This document shows, piece after piece, positions 26,001-39,261 of a stretch of 64,000 nucleotides of DNA. The notes beneath the pieces are model-generated. The model was not told where the DNA came from and did no database searches. It saw only the letters and a program-made list of their open reading frames with translations. Both the position numbers and the translations under genes were made by a program. Source of the DNA: the human T2T-CHM13v2.0 reference genome, Homo sapiens; the NCBI GenBank assembly GCA_009914755.4, contig CP068257.2, positions 19,168,001 to 19,232,000 on the forward strand, in the 5' to 3' direction. The stretch's first letter is position 1. Every line of letters begins with the position of its first letter.

Positions 26001-27227
26001 CTTGAATAAAATAATAATTGCCTGTTTAACATTGTCTGATGAAATTTTTCTTGACAACCGTGAATAAAGGCAGTGACGTTACCATACCTGTTGCATGCAA
26101 TGCTTGAACAATGATATACAATAGGAGAATTTGAGTGACACCTTGCCTGTGATCACTTCAATAAATATGAAGTGGTGGCTTCTTTGTAATAATTTTAATT
26201 CACTTTAACAGATAACTGGAAGTTGTATTAAAAGATAGAGACTGAGAAACACAATAAAAGGATAATGGAAAAAAGCCAGAAAGTAATAAATTTGCCAATT
26301 AATAGAAATTATCTGTATTAAGCTCTTACAGGACCCTTCAAAAGTGTTGAAATGGGAACTGCAACAATGGACATGCACATCAAATAGAATGTCCTGCTGT
26401 AACTCTTATTTACTAATCTCTGCAGTTAATATCAATTACTACACGGCATCAACCCTGTTCTGCACTATATTGTTGATGATAGGACACCTGTATTCCAATT
26501 ATTTTTGAAGTTAGAGACATGTCCAATGTTTCCTTTCAACAAACCAGTATACTCTGTGTGGACATGCTCCCCCTGGCCTACTCTCAATAGGGTTCATAAA
26601 ATAGGCTTACAACTGAGATTTATTTTTCTCTGTTCAAATGAAAGACATGTTGTATTCTGATATTAATACTAATGAAGACTTTGGCTCTATTCACTCTGCA
26701 AATGATGCCCCCAGGGTAGATGAGGAAGAATCTTCAATCAATGTGTGCATAGTTTTGTATTGGCTTATTTATTTTAATTTCAGTGTCCATAACTCCTGGC
26801 ACTATTAGAATATTCAATTATAATGTAGTCCAAAGTGCTATAAAAATAATTTTCTCTTAATTACACTATGTCCTTTTATCTGCACATTATTTTTAAAAAA
26901 TAACTCAACGTATTCCACTTATGGTTATACTGAACAACAATATGCTTTTCGAGTCTTTGGCAAGTCAATGCATATTTTCTAAAGAAACCTTAATGTAATT
27001 ATTATTTCAAATGTAAGTATAATTTCTTCCAGAGAAACCCAGGGAAGAACTGGAATAAAATATTAATGAGAAAACCTCAACGAAAGTACACACTAAAATA
27101 TTCTAATAAATAAAATATAATCAAATTATCAAGCTGGACAGTCTGACTCCACAGTCCTTGCTCTTAATTATTTTGTTCAGAAGATACGTTAAGAAAATGG
27201 GCTTTCCTTCAAAAAAAACTCAGATAG

Positions 27228-27544
<317 letters not shown>

Positions 27545-28111
27545 CTCACAGATACGTAGGTAAAAAAGATAATACTTGGTAACAATGAATGGTAGTAAGT
27601 GATTATGGGACATTTACATTTGGTAAGCCTAATATGAGTTAACTAACAACAATAGTAATATCAAAACTAATAATAGTTCTGGAAATAGTAAAAGCTAACG
27701 TGTGATTAGCACTAATCATGTGCTGGGCCTTTTTCTAAACACCTTCCCTAAAGTATTTTTATGTAATTTTTATTTAATCCTTTTTAAAGGATACATGAGA
27801 TTTACGATGAAAAAATGGAAAAAAAGATATGTAGTTTGTCCAAGGTCATATTTGCAGTAAGTGAGAAAACACCTCCTATATTTTCCGTTCATTATTATTA
27901 CTTCTTTGCAGAATATTGATCTCAGCTTGGGGAAAATTTATACCACACTTTTGTTTCTTTTCCAAGAGTTCATAATTTGGTGTACAGCCACCCTTATGTG
28001 TGTGTCTGAAATAGTCTTTAAGAATTATCTCTAGTAAAGTAAAACAAGAATTAACTTACTGAATTCTAAGAAAACGTGCTATTGTCAAAAGTTTAAGGAG
28101 ATTCTTCCCAA

Positions 28112-28401
28112 CAATCTTCTCACACAAAGACACACACACACACAGAGACACACAGAACACACACCACAAAAACACAAACATACACATGTTTGGGATTCTT
28201 ACATCTCTGCAATCTTCTCACACAAAGACACACACACACAGAGACACGCAGAACACACACCACAAAAACACAAACATACACATGTTTGGGATTCTTACAT
28301 CTCCGCAATCTTCTCACACAAAGACACACACACACAGAGACACGCAGAACACACACCACAAAAACACAAACATACACATGTTTGGGATTCTTACATCTCT
28401 G
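28112..28401. repeat. Tandem array of 3 copies of a 96-98 bp CA-rich unit (minisatellite / VNTR candidate)
   Basis: Unit is caatcttctcacacaaagacacacacacacagagacacgcagaacacacaccacaaaaacacaaacatacacatgtttgggattcttacatctc[tc]g. The copies occupy 28112-28209 (98 bp, carrying an extra CA and an A for G), 28210-28305 (96 bp) and 28306-28401 (96 bp). They are more than 97% identical. A degenerate partial unit (gattcttccca) lies immediately upstream. Confidence 0.95.
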
Positions 28402-29312
28402 CACTTATAGATTAAGCTATTATTTTTATTTTTAAAAGCATTTTTAATATGTAGCACCAAACACAGTGTCACTAAATACATTTTCTGGATTGAAAAATTG
28501 AACTAAAGCCTAGGTGTATTTCACTCAGACTAGAATATCATCAATGACCCAATGAATTTTGTGTTTGTGCCACTCATCACTTACCATTTTCCTTTAAATG
28601 TTTTGGAATTCACTCTGAAAATATACAGAGGTTGCATGCTACAGTAATTTCTGCAACAGATAAGTTTTTACTTGATCCAACACATTTTCGGTTTTGTTTT
28701 AGTTTTAGTTGTTGCTGTCTTGTATAATTTTGGTAAAGGAGTTACCATGAGAATTCATTAGAGATTTTTTTTTCTTGTCATAATTGTTGCAGGCTAGGTT
28801 CTCTTATGCTGATTCATGTTAGTTTTCTCATATTAGAGGAGATGCATAACACATGTGTTTTGAATTGTATCTTCCCTACTACCTAGAAATGCTTTTGTAT
28901 CTTAAAGGGGAGTAATAGCTCCCCCTTTCACATTATCTATTAAGTCTCTTTTGTGGCTGTTACAGGTATTCTAAAGGCACAGACTTTGATGTACCATATT
29001 AGGGCTAACCTCTCAGAAGTGGAGTTTTTTTTTTCAAGAAAGCACAGTTTGAAAAGGCAAAGAAATATAGCTTCAGTCAAAATGGTTTGATAAAGAGCCA
29101 ATGATTTTCCTTTTAGTGAAACAATCTGAAAATCTTAGAAAATCACATTCTGAATGTCTGAGTGGTTATATTACTATTTATCTCACTCTAATTAAACAGA
29201 CTTATAAGAATATTTACTACTCTCTCTACCAGATTAAACCAACCAGACCTTATTAGTTCAATATATCTACAGAAATATCAGGCAGGTATATGTATACACA
29301 CACACACACATA

Positions 29313-29565
29313 TTTAACTTTTATTTCAGGTTCAGGCATACATGTGAAAGTTTGTTACATAGGTAAACTCATGTCATAGGTGTTTGTTATTTCATCACTC
29401 AGGAATTAAGCCCAGTACCCAATAGTTATATTTCCTGCTCCTCTCCCTCCTCCCACCTTCCACCCTCAAGTACTCAAGGAGATCCCAGTGTCTGTGGCTT
29501 TATGTTCATACATTCTCATCATTTATCTCCCACTTTTAAGTGAGAACAACGAGCAAGTGTATTTT
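29313..29565 (-). mobile_element. L1 3' UTR terminal fragment (L1PA/L1PB-like), preceded by a short (CA)n
   Basis: cttttatttcaggttcaggcatacatgtgaaagtttgttacataggtaaactcatgtcataggtg...attaagcccagtacccaatagttatatttcc...cccacttttaagtgagaacaacgagc matches the antisense L1 3' end (compare tttaagttc.ggggtacatgtgcag..gtgcaggtttgttacataggtaaac...cccacttataagtgagaacatgc). Confidence 0.85.
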
Positions 29566-30341
29566 ATCAAAATTAAGACCAAAACATCTTGTTTTAAAAT
29601 ATATGCAAATAGTTACTGGCATTAATTATGATTAGACCTAATGGAATCTTTTTATAATTTTGTGTCTGTTTTAATTTGCATTGCCACTTTCAAAATAATG
29701 GTTGTTCTCCATACCTTCTGGTCTGATAGCAAAACTTTTTCTTCTGTACTAAAGATCAGCATATAGAGAATATCCTATATTACAAAATGTGTTACTTCAT
29801 CTTACGTTCTCAACCCCATACACTCTTGTCACCTTTGTAAAGTGAGAGAGCTGTTAACAGCAGTGGCCTAAGAGATGCTGACTGAAATTAAACTTCATTT
29901 TCAAGTACATTTCACAGCACTTTGTCATGACAAGTCCTTTCTTATGTGATGTGGTCTCAGAGACTGCCAGACAGGCCAAAATGGTAAAAGTTCATTATCA
30001 TTTGGATAAAACTTCCCTAATTATTAAACAAAGTGAACAATACCTAGAAATGTATGGCAAGAAGGGAGAGGAAATGAACAAATTAAGAACTCTAAATAGA
30101 ACAATCTAATGTGGGGTTTTAATTTGAAAGCAACAAATGACAGGCCAGCATTTTCAATTAACAAATAATTTTGTTACAATAATTCTTTTCTTATAGTATT
30201 TGTTTTGGTTGTTCTTACTTGATTGGGAAAGATGAACCTAATAATTATGTAAAAATTACGAACACCTGAAAATATACACTTCTATTTCACAGGCAGATTT
30301 TAGAGCTGTTGTACAAACAGGATTTTAAAAATATATTGCAT

Positions 30342-30580
30342 AGTCGGGTTCTGTGACTCACTCCTGTAATCCCAGCACTTCGGGTGGCTGAGGCGGGTGA
30401 TCACCTGAGGTCAGGAGTTTGAGACCAGCCTGACCAACATGGTGAAACCTCGTCTCTATTGAAAATACAAAGATTAGCTGGGCGTGGTGATGGGCACCTG
30501 TACTCCCAGCTACTCAGGAGGCTGAGGCAGGAGAATTGCTTGAACCCAGGGGTGGAGGTTGCAGTGAGCCGAGATTGTAT
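30342..30580 (+). mobile_element. Alu, 3'-truncated (lacks the last about 45 bp and poly-A)
   Basis: agtcgggttctgtgactcactcctgtaatcccagcacttcgggtggctgaggcgggtgatcacctgaggtcaggagtttgagaccagcc...gcagtgagccgagattgtat, then unrelated sequence (tgcatacaagctaatac). Confidence 0.88.
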
Positions 30581-31312
30581 TGCATACAAGCTAATACTTT
30601 TATAGCTTCTCATTGAATATTCTTCATATTCTTGCCCAATTTATGTCCCATTAAAAAAAAAGTCTTAAAATCCTTCGAGGTTGCCATATAGATTTACAAT
30701 GTGAGCTTACACGTGTTAGAAAGTGATTATTTTGTAGATTTGTTTTGTTTTGGTTTGATTGCCAGTCATGCAGAGTATTCTGTGTATGAAATACCTTTTG
30801 CAAATTGAAGCTTACTAAGAATTAATAGAATCTTAGCACAATAGGCTTGGAATACATATTTACTTTTCCATCAAGGTCAGTTTTCTCAAGGCCTTACTAA
30901 CAAGTGAGATTCAACTTACAATTGCATAGACAGAAAGTGATCTGTCCTTTTTTTGTGAAGTTTCATTATTCAATATTTGAACAGATAGAACTGCACATGG
31001 AATAAATATCAAAAGGCACCAACAGGGCTATATCAACATGCTGGAGTCTCTTCATCGGTATCCCACAGCTTCTAGACTCTAATATCATAGATAAATTTTA
31101 TTATCAATTCCTCTCTATTTTTCCTGAGATGTAATATGCTTTTATAAATATATGCCTAAGTACTATAATATTTAATGCTTTTTAAGTATCATAGCTTAGA
31201 TATAATATACTATCAGTATGTAGAAAGCTCTGTCATTTATTTTAAAGGAAGCTTAGTATTTCATTGAAAGAATGAACTTTAATGTGTTTTAAATAAGCAT
31301 TTAAATATTTTT

Positions 31313-31405
31313 GCCTCAGGAGGCTGAGGCAGGAGAATTACTTGAACACAGGAGTTTGAGAGTAGCCTGGGCAACATAGAAAGACTCTTTATAAATAAAA
31401 TAATA
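31313..31405 (+). mobile_element. Free Alu monomer fragment (FLAM/FRAM-like)
   Basis: cctcaggaggctgaggcaggagaattacttgaacacaggagtttgagagtagcctgggcaacatagaaagactctttataaataaaataa. Confidence 0.6.
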
Positions 31406-32116
31406 TGAAGTATTTTTCCCAAAGTTTTCCTTTTACAGACAAAATTGCAATGGATATCTACATTAGTTTGGATTCTACCAGAACCTGATAAAAGGACTAG
31501 GGTACAAATAATTTATTTGGTAGTCATCTCAGAATCACATGAAAGGGATTGAGGAAGACACACGCGGAAAAGAGAGAATCTAATAAGGAGTGTAGTTTCA
31601 AGACACTTACCACTGTGGGAAACTGCAGCTCAGTGTTGCTGGGGAACTGAGGCAGACAGGGTAGAACATGCCTTAGGATTATTCCAACTCAGTGGCCAGA
31701 AAGCTAAGCATGTATCCAATAATTCCCCATCCACTACAACATTAATTAAAGGAGGCCTACAGGAGGTTTGCTCTCTAGTAGTTTTGGATTTCTTTGTGTA
31801 TGGTCTGACCATGCTCTCAGAGTCAGAAAAAAATCCTCAGAAATAAAATGCAGACTTTCACATGAAGTAGCCTTCTTCTTGTAAAGATGTAGAAAGAATA
31901 TAAATAGGGAGATTGAAACTGTCATTTACATTATCCTTATTGATATGTCTTTTTGTGCAGGGGTAGGGCATGTCCATTTTTGGTTTTGCAAATGACCCTC
32001 TGTACTCCCACCGGCAATGTATGATTCTTTCCATTCATTTTTCCAATCACAGAAATTTAATCAATTTCTTGATATTTGTTAATCTAATAACTGAAACAAA
32101 TGTTCTTTTACTTTAG

Positions 32117-32496
<380 letters not shown>

Positions 32497-32849
32497 TGAG
32501 TCACTTTGTTTTTCCATGAACTGTCTGTTCACATATGTGACAATTTTAAAAGTCAGATGGTTGGTCTGTTCCTTACAATTTGTACAAGCTCCTCACATAT
32601 TGAATAAATAAAATATTTATGATATAAGAGGAATTATAGTTAACTAGCATCATTCAAGTGTTTCAGGTGTTTAAGACTGAAGAAAAAGAGCACGGACTTT
32701 CACAAACTGATTGGTACATGGATATTATTCAGCTCAGGGGATAAATTTTCAAATTTATAATATAGAAAGTCCTATCACTTTATATTATCTCCAGCAACTT
32801 GCATGGTTTAAAAAATTATCTCATACTATTTTCCATGCTCTAATTTTTT

Positions 32850-33117
32850 AAATTTTATTTTTAATTGACATGTAATAATTGTCCATATTTATGGGATACA
32901 TAGTGATATCTTCATACTATGTATATATGCTTAGTGATTAGATCAGAGTAATTACCATATCCGTCATCCAATTGTACACTTAATCATCTCAAACATTTAT
33001 CATATATTTGTGTTGGGAACATTTAATATCCTCCTGCTAGCTATTTGAAACTATATATCATTGGTAACTATAGTCATATAACAGTGCTATGAAAATTAGA
33101 ACTTATTTCTCCTATCT
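32850..33117 (-). mobile_element. L1 3' UTR (older L1 family), distal part of an element interrupted by an LTR insertion
   Basis: catatttatgggatacatagtgatatcttcatactatgtatatatgc...accatatccgtcatccaattgtacacttaatcatctcaaacatttatcatatatttgtgttgggaacatttaat...ttggtaactatagtcatataacagtgctatgaaaattagaacttatttctcctatctagctataacag matches the antisense L1MA/L1PB 3' UTR. Confidence 0.8.
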
Positions 33118-33119
33118 AG

Positions 33120-33657
33120 CTATAACAGATCTTTCCCTATCCTGTTGGGAACAAGCCCCCCCCAAAATCTGGCCATAAACTGGCCCCAAAACTGGCCATA
33201 AACACAATCTCTGCAGCACTGTGACATGTTCGTGATGGCCATAAAGCCCACGCTGGAAGACTGTGGGTTTACCGGAATGAGGGCAAGGAATACCTGGCCT
33301 GCCCAGGGCGGAAAACCGCTTAAAGGCATTCTTAAGCCACAAACAATAGCATGAGTGATTGTGCCTTAAGGACAAGCTCCTGCTGCAGTTAACCAGCCCA
33401 ACCTATGCCTTTAATTCGGCCCACCGCTTTGTTTCCCATAAAGGATACTTTTAGTTAATTTAATATCTATAGAAACAATGGTAATGACTGGCTCACTGTT
33501 AATAAATACGTGGGTAAATCTCTGTTCGGAGCTCTCAGCTATGAAGGCTGTGAGACCCCGATTTCCCACTTCACACCTCTGTATTTCTGTGTGTGTGTGT
33601 CTTTAATTCCCCTAGCACCGCTGGGTTAGGGTCTACCAGACTGAGCTGGTCTTGGCA
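33120..33657 (+). mobile_element. Solo ERV LTR (ERVK-class, LTR13-like by recollection) nested inside the L1 3' UTR
   Basis: ...aacaagcccccccaaaatctggccataaactggccccaaaactggccataaacacaatctctgcagcactgtgacatgttcgtgatggccataaagcccacgctggaagactgtgggtttaccggaatgagggcaaggaatacctggcc.gcccagggcggaaaaccgcttaaaggcattcttaagccacaaacaatagcatgag...ctgtgagaccccgatttcccacttcacacctctgtatttctgtgtgtgtgtgtctttaattcccctagcaccgctgggttagggtctaccagactgagctggtcttggca. The L1 sequence resumes immediately after. Confidence 0.55.
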
Positions 33658-34603
33658 TTATCCCCCTTTTCCCCTATCTTTCCAGACTCCAGCATATTGT
33701 GTTTTACTTTTTGCTTCTACAAAATCAACTTTGTTTAGCTTCCACATAAGTGACACCATGCATTGTTCATTGTGTTCCTGGCTTTCGTATTTAACACAAT
33801 GGCCTCCAGCTCCACTTCTGTTATCTCAAATGATCGAATTTTGTTTTTATGGCTACATAGTATTCAAATGTGGTGTATATGCCACATATATTTCATTTGT
33901 TGTTGGATCCCTAGGTTGATTCCATATCTCAGCTATTGTGACTAGTGCTGCAATAAACACTGAGAGTCAGGAGTCTCTTCAATGTACTGATTTCCTTTTC
34001 TTTGAACCAATGTTCAGTATTTCGGTAATGGATGATATGGTAGTTCTATTTGTAGTTGGCAGAGGAACCTCCATACTTTTCACCATAGTGTCTGTATTAG
34101 TTTACATTTCCACCCATAGTGTGTAAGAGTTCCCTATTCTCCACATCTTCACTAGTATTTGATATTTTTTGTCTTATTGATAGTATCAATCTTAATTGGG
34201 GTGGGATGATATCTCATTGCAGTTTTGATTTCCATATCTCTGAAGATTAGTGAAGTTGAGCATTTTTTAATATATTTGTTGGTCATTAGTATGTCTTCTT
34301 TTGAGAAATGTCTGCTCAGATCTTTTGCCTATTTTTTAATTGGATGCCTGGTTTGTTTGTATTTTCTTTTTTTGAGATGATTAAGTTCCTTGTATGTTCA
34401 GGATATTAAATTCTATCAGATAAATAGTCTGCAAATATTTTATCCCATTCTGTATGTTGCCATTTTACTCTGTTGATTGGTTTCTGTGCTTTACAGAAGC
34501 TTGTTAGTTTGATAAAATCCCATTTGCTTAATTTTGCTTTTGTTGCCTGTGCTTTTGAGGTCTTATTCATAAACTATTTCCCCAGACTGATGTCTTGAAG
34601 CCC
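33658..34603 (-). mobile_element. L1 (older family): proximal 3' UTR plus ORF2 C-terminal remnant, continuing 32850-33117
   Basis: ...cttccacataagtgacaccatgc..ttttatggctacatagtattcaaatgtggtgtatatgccacatatatttcatttgttgttggatccctaggttgattccatatctcagctattgtgactagtgctgcaataaac...tttacatttccacccatagtgtgtaagagttccc...ttgcttaattttgcttttgttgcctgtgcttttgaggtc matches L1 ORF2 and 3' UTR antisense. Confidence 0.85.
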
Positions 34604-35160
34604 GAATTTTTAATATCAGAAATATTTGACAATTTAATAGAGTGCTTAGTATTACAATAAAGTGGTACTAAAGAATAAACATCATTGCAGAACAACGCAA
34701 TACAAAAAAAGCAGGGAGAATAAATAGAGGTGTGTGGCCTGCAAAAACCTTAGAAGACTCTGTGGAAACAGTAAGAATTCAACCAAAACTTGAAAGGAGT
34801 AAGATTTAAATGGGAAAAGAAAAGTATTTAGAGCATGACTCTTTTAAGAATGGCATAAGAGAAATCATGACTATAGATGGATTAGTATGTTGTACTAGTG
34901 AGAAGAACAGTTGGGCATCTATTAAAAATACTGATGAATGATAATGAATTCTGAAGACCTTGAATATATTAATGCTTTGGGCAATAGAAGGTCATTGGAG
35001 ATTCTTGAATTATGCAGAAGAAAGGTGTTTTAAAGGATATTCTCCAAAACTAACCTGGGATATCAATGTGATTTGTATTGAAAGAAGGTGAAAAAGGAAA
35101 TAGAGACACCAGATAAAATAATGTATTATAAAATATCTACTTAAAAGAATTGCTAGAGAA

Positions 35161-35293
35161 CCAGGTGTAGTGGTGCATGCCTGTAGTCCCAGCTACTTGG
35201 GAGGCTGAGGCAGGAGAACTGTTTTAACTCAGAAGTTCAAGTCCATCCTGGGCAACATAGTGACACTTTATCACTGAAAAACTTTTTTTTTAA
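35161..35293 (+). mobile_element. Free left Alu monomer (FLAM-like), about 130 bp with T/A-rich tail
   Basis: ccaggtgtagtggtgcatgcctgtagtcccagctacttgggaggctgaggcaggagaactgttttaactcagaagttcaagtccatcctgggcaacatagtgacactttatcactgaaaaactttttttttaag. Confidence 0.7.
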
Positions 35294-35376
35294 GTAAATA
35301 AAGTCCTATATCACTTAATTATACACTTAAAAATTGTAAAGATCGTAAATGTTATATGTGTATTTTACCTTCATTA

Positions 35377-35676
<300 letters not shown>

Positions 35677-37129
35677 CTACAAAAATTAAAAATAAATGAA
35701 TAAATAAAAATACCTCAAGATAGTGAAAAGAAAAAAGACTTGGTAAAATTCGAGTGGCTCCGTGATATGTGTATAAAACAATAAACTGAATGTCTTTTAA
35801 AATACACATTTCAGAATGATCAGGAAAGATCACATCTTGAGATTATCATTGTATAATTATTATATTTAAACTTTCAGTCAAAAACTCAAGGATTATTCTG
35901 AGTATAATTATAGAAAAGCATTAAATATATATTTGTCATCCCCTTAATATTCCAATATCTCATTGTAAGTGTAAAACACTGTCAAAATTTAATACTCAAA
36001 CTGAGATTTAGTACCTGTATGCTGGTTTGATTAGGCAGATAAAAAAATGTATTCTGTAAAACTTTATAATGGGGATTTTGAGAAGTATAGTTTTCTCACC
36101 TAATTTTGCCTCTACAACATTCAATCTGCAATAGAATTTTGGGATGATTTCATTAACCTCTTTCTCATTAGAGAATGAAATATTCAGTCAACTAGAACAT
36201 TAAAAGAAACTATTGCGCTCTTCCTCTAATGAGAGGAAGAACTTCAACCACTCTGGTTTCAGCTGGATTAATGAACAGATCCCCTTTTCCTTACTGAAGT
36301 AGCTGTGATTGACCCTAACTTTTCTTGCCCTAATACAAAATCATGGAGACGTGATTTTCAGGGCATCCCAATTTGCTGTCTCATTAATTCTCATTTTTAT
36401 TTGATGGGTTCTTAGGCACTAGTGCCTCTGCTTCTTTCATCAATACTACCTTCTCTTTAACTTGATCTTGGTGCTGGCCACTTGAAGTTTTGTACCACAG
36501 GAGTGTTGATGAAAGCTCATGGAAATAAATCAATTCATCAGAACTGTTGTAATCAGATATTCAGCATCAACTTTCACTTTGTGAAAAACTAATGGGTTTG
36601 GTAACAAAGTGGCTATGAAAGGCAACGGAATGAGATTTGCAGTTTATATTTCTCATTTAGCCCAATGCTTTTCTTTAAAGTATGTGTCACTGAAAGACAG
36701 TGTTCAATATAAAATTGTGTTTATCATACCATTGAATATGTATACTCAAAGTTCTATTGATGATGTAATAATTTGTTTTAATGTTAACTTTATGTTTGAG
36801 AAAAATAGTAAGAATATTTAGTTATTTTAAGGTAATTACACATTATCAACTGGAATCAATGAATATTTCAAAGCCACCAGAAATCATAGAAAATTGAACA
36901 GTTGTAGGGGATTAGTTTAATATCAAATAAGAACCAAGAACTTTGACACAATTATTTTTGGTGTGGCAAAGTTTGCTAGCTAACCATCAATCCCATTTTT
37001 CTTCATTTTGGGCACACAAGCTATATTTTACATCCTCTCTTACAGTTAAGAGGAGCAATATGGTTAAGTTCCAGCCAATTAGTTCTAGCATTAGCAGCTT
37101 CCATGTGGTATTAAAACTTTCAACGCAGA

Positions 37130-37560
37130 CTGCAAGAATTGAGGCTTGTGAGCCTCCGCCTAGATTTCAGAAGATGTATGGAAAAGCCTAAATGTCCAGG
37201 CAGAATCCTGGAGAACATCTATTAGGGCAGTGCAGAGGGAAAATGTGTGGTTGGCATCCCCACACAAAGTCCCCACTGAGGCACTGCCTAGTGGAGCTAT
37301 GAGGAGAGGGCCACTGTCCTCCAGACTCCAGAATGATAGATCCACTAGCAGCTTGCACCCTGCACCTGAAATAAAACGTAACGTGACACACACCAAAAAA
37401 CTTCCCACAAACTATAATTCACCTCCACCCCCACTTTGTGACCTTGGAAGCCAGGCTTTAAAGATGAGAGGGCCAAAAATACAAAGGGTGACACAAGCCT
37501 TAACTTGCCACTTGAAGTCAATCTGCCTGTCAATGATGCATATTAATTTTGAGCTTTCCA
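37130..37560 (+). mobile_element. Fragment of THE1/MST (MaLR) internal region
   Basis: ...agatttcagaagatgtatggaaaagcctaaatgtccaggcagaatcctggagaacatctattagggcagtgcagagggaaaatgtgtggttggcatccccacacaaagtccccactgaggcactgcctagtggagctatgaggagagggccactgtcctccagactccagaatgatagatccactagcagcttgcaccctgcacctg resembles the THE1-int consensus region ...gatgtatggaaacgcctggatgtccaggcagaagtctgctgcaggggcagagccctcatggagaacctctgctagggcagtgcagaggtgaaatgtggggttggagcccccacacagagtccccactggggcactgcctagtggagctgtgagaag. This explains the dense overlapping ORFs at 37160-37622. Confidence 0.5.
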
Positions 37561-37659
37561 TGAGTGAGAGTTTACATTGTTTTAAACGGTTGGAATTTTG
37601 CAATTTATTGTTAAACAACTAGTTTAATCTTAATTAAAATACTCAGAAAGAGTTTTTAG

Positions 37660-37925
37660 AAAAGCTGTCTTAATACATTTAGGCTGCTTTAACAAAATAC
37701 CTTAGATGGGGTAATTTTTCAATAATAGAAATGTATTTCTTCAGTTCTGGAGGCTGGGACATCCAAAAACAAGGGTCTAGTAGATTTGGTGTCTGGTGAG
37801 GGCTTGATCCCTGCTTCATAGATGATGCCTCTTGCTGCATCCACACATGACAGAAGTGATGAACAGCTCCTAGTTCCTCTTTTATAAAGTTGTTAATCCC
37901 ATTCACAAGAGCTTCACAATCTATG
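37660..37925 (-). mobile_element. MaLR LTR fragment (MLT1-like)
   Basis: gctgtcttaatacatttaggctgctttaacaaaataccttagatggggtaatttttcaataatagaaatgtatttcttcagttctggaggctgggacatccaaaaacaagggtctagtagatttggtgtctggtgagggcttgatccctgcttcatagatgatgcctcttgctgcatccacacatgacagaag. Confidence 0.6.
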
Positions 37926-38837
37926 TATTTTTAACAAATTTAGCATTTACATCTGTAATCTTAAAGGTAACTTATTACCTGCAGTCTTTGTCTCCACATA
38001 TGCACAAATTAAAAGTATACATTCCCTGTTCAAATTACTATGTGGTTTCTGTCTCCTAATTAGACCCTTATTGAAACAATAAGATTAAGTGGATATTCTC
38101 TGAGATACCCAGACATAATTCTACAGGATACCTTAATTGTCAGCAGCCCTAACTATTCTCTACAGATAGGAAATATCTGAATGCGCTGCTGGGATATCTA
38201 ATCAGCCCCAATGACACTGATAACTAAGTTTCTCCAACTAAATAGTTGAACCACATTACCCTACAGTGAGGCACACAGGAGGCAAGTGACATCCACAAGC
38301 CTAGGATTTAAACTCAGGTTTTCATTCTTCACTTTAAATGTAAACAGACAACAAAGGATTACGAAACATCTGAGGAAAACTTCTTTAAGAACAAGGTGAA
38401 CAAAACAAAGAGAAAACAATTTGAGAAGTGAAAATTATGTAAAAAGGGGAAAAGTTAAAAATAAACTAGCATTAATACTATGAGAGTTAAGAAAACATAA
38501 CACATGGCAACCATGAAAAAAATGATACTATATAAAAGATCAAAGAATATTTTGGTAATTGAAGCATAAAAACATAAAGCAAGGGTAAAATAATTAATAA
38601 ATTAAACAGACAAATTGGAATATAAAGTTGACAAAATCTCCCTGAAAGAGAAAACTTTTTAAAATAAGAAAAATAGAAGATTTGATATCAGAAGACTGCT
38701 CCAGGTAACCCAGTATTTAAGCACATGCCATTTCAGAAAGAGAATAGAGAGGGGGAGAATAATATACATAAAATAAAACAGAATGTCTCCATAATACAAG
38801 AACATAATTTGACACGTCCTGCATAATGTTTGGAAGT

Positions 38838-39261
<424 letters not shown>

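Noticed and set aside
28120-28435. Three overlapping 74-94 aa ORFs on both strands with internally repeated peptide sequence
   Set aside because: These are periodicity artefacts of the 96-bp x3 CA-rich tandem array. The peptides are low-complexity (C/V-rich or T/H-rich) and repeat with the DNA unit. The array is not CRISPR either: the units are contiguous with no spacers, and the genome is eukaryotic.
37160-37622. Dense cluster of five mutually overlapping 62-130 aa ORFs on both strands
   Set aside because: The segment is a fragment of THE1/MST internal sequence followed by an MLT1-like LTR. Mutually overlapping frames on both strands are not compatible with a real gene, and no homology is recognised.
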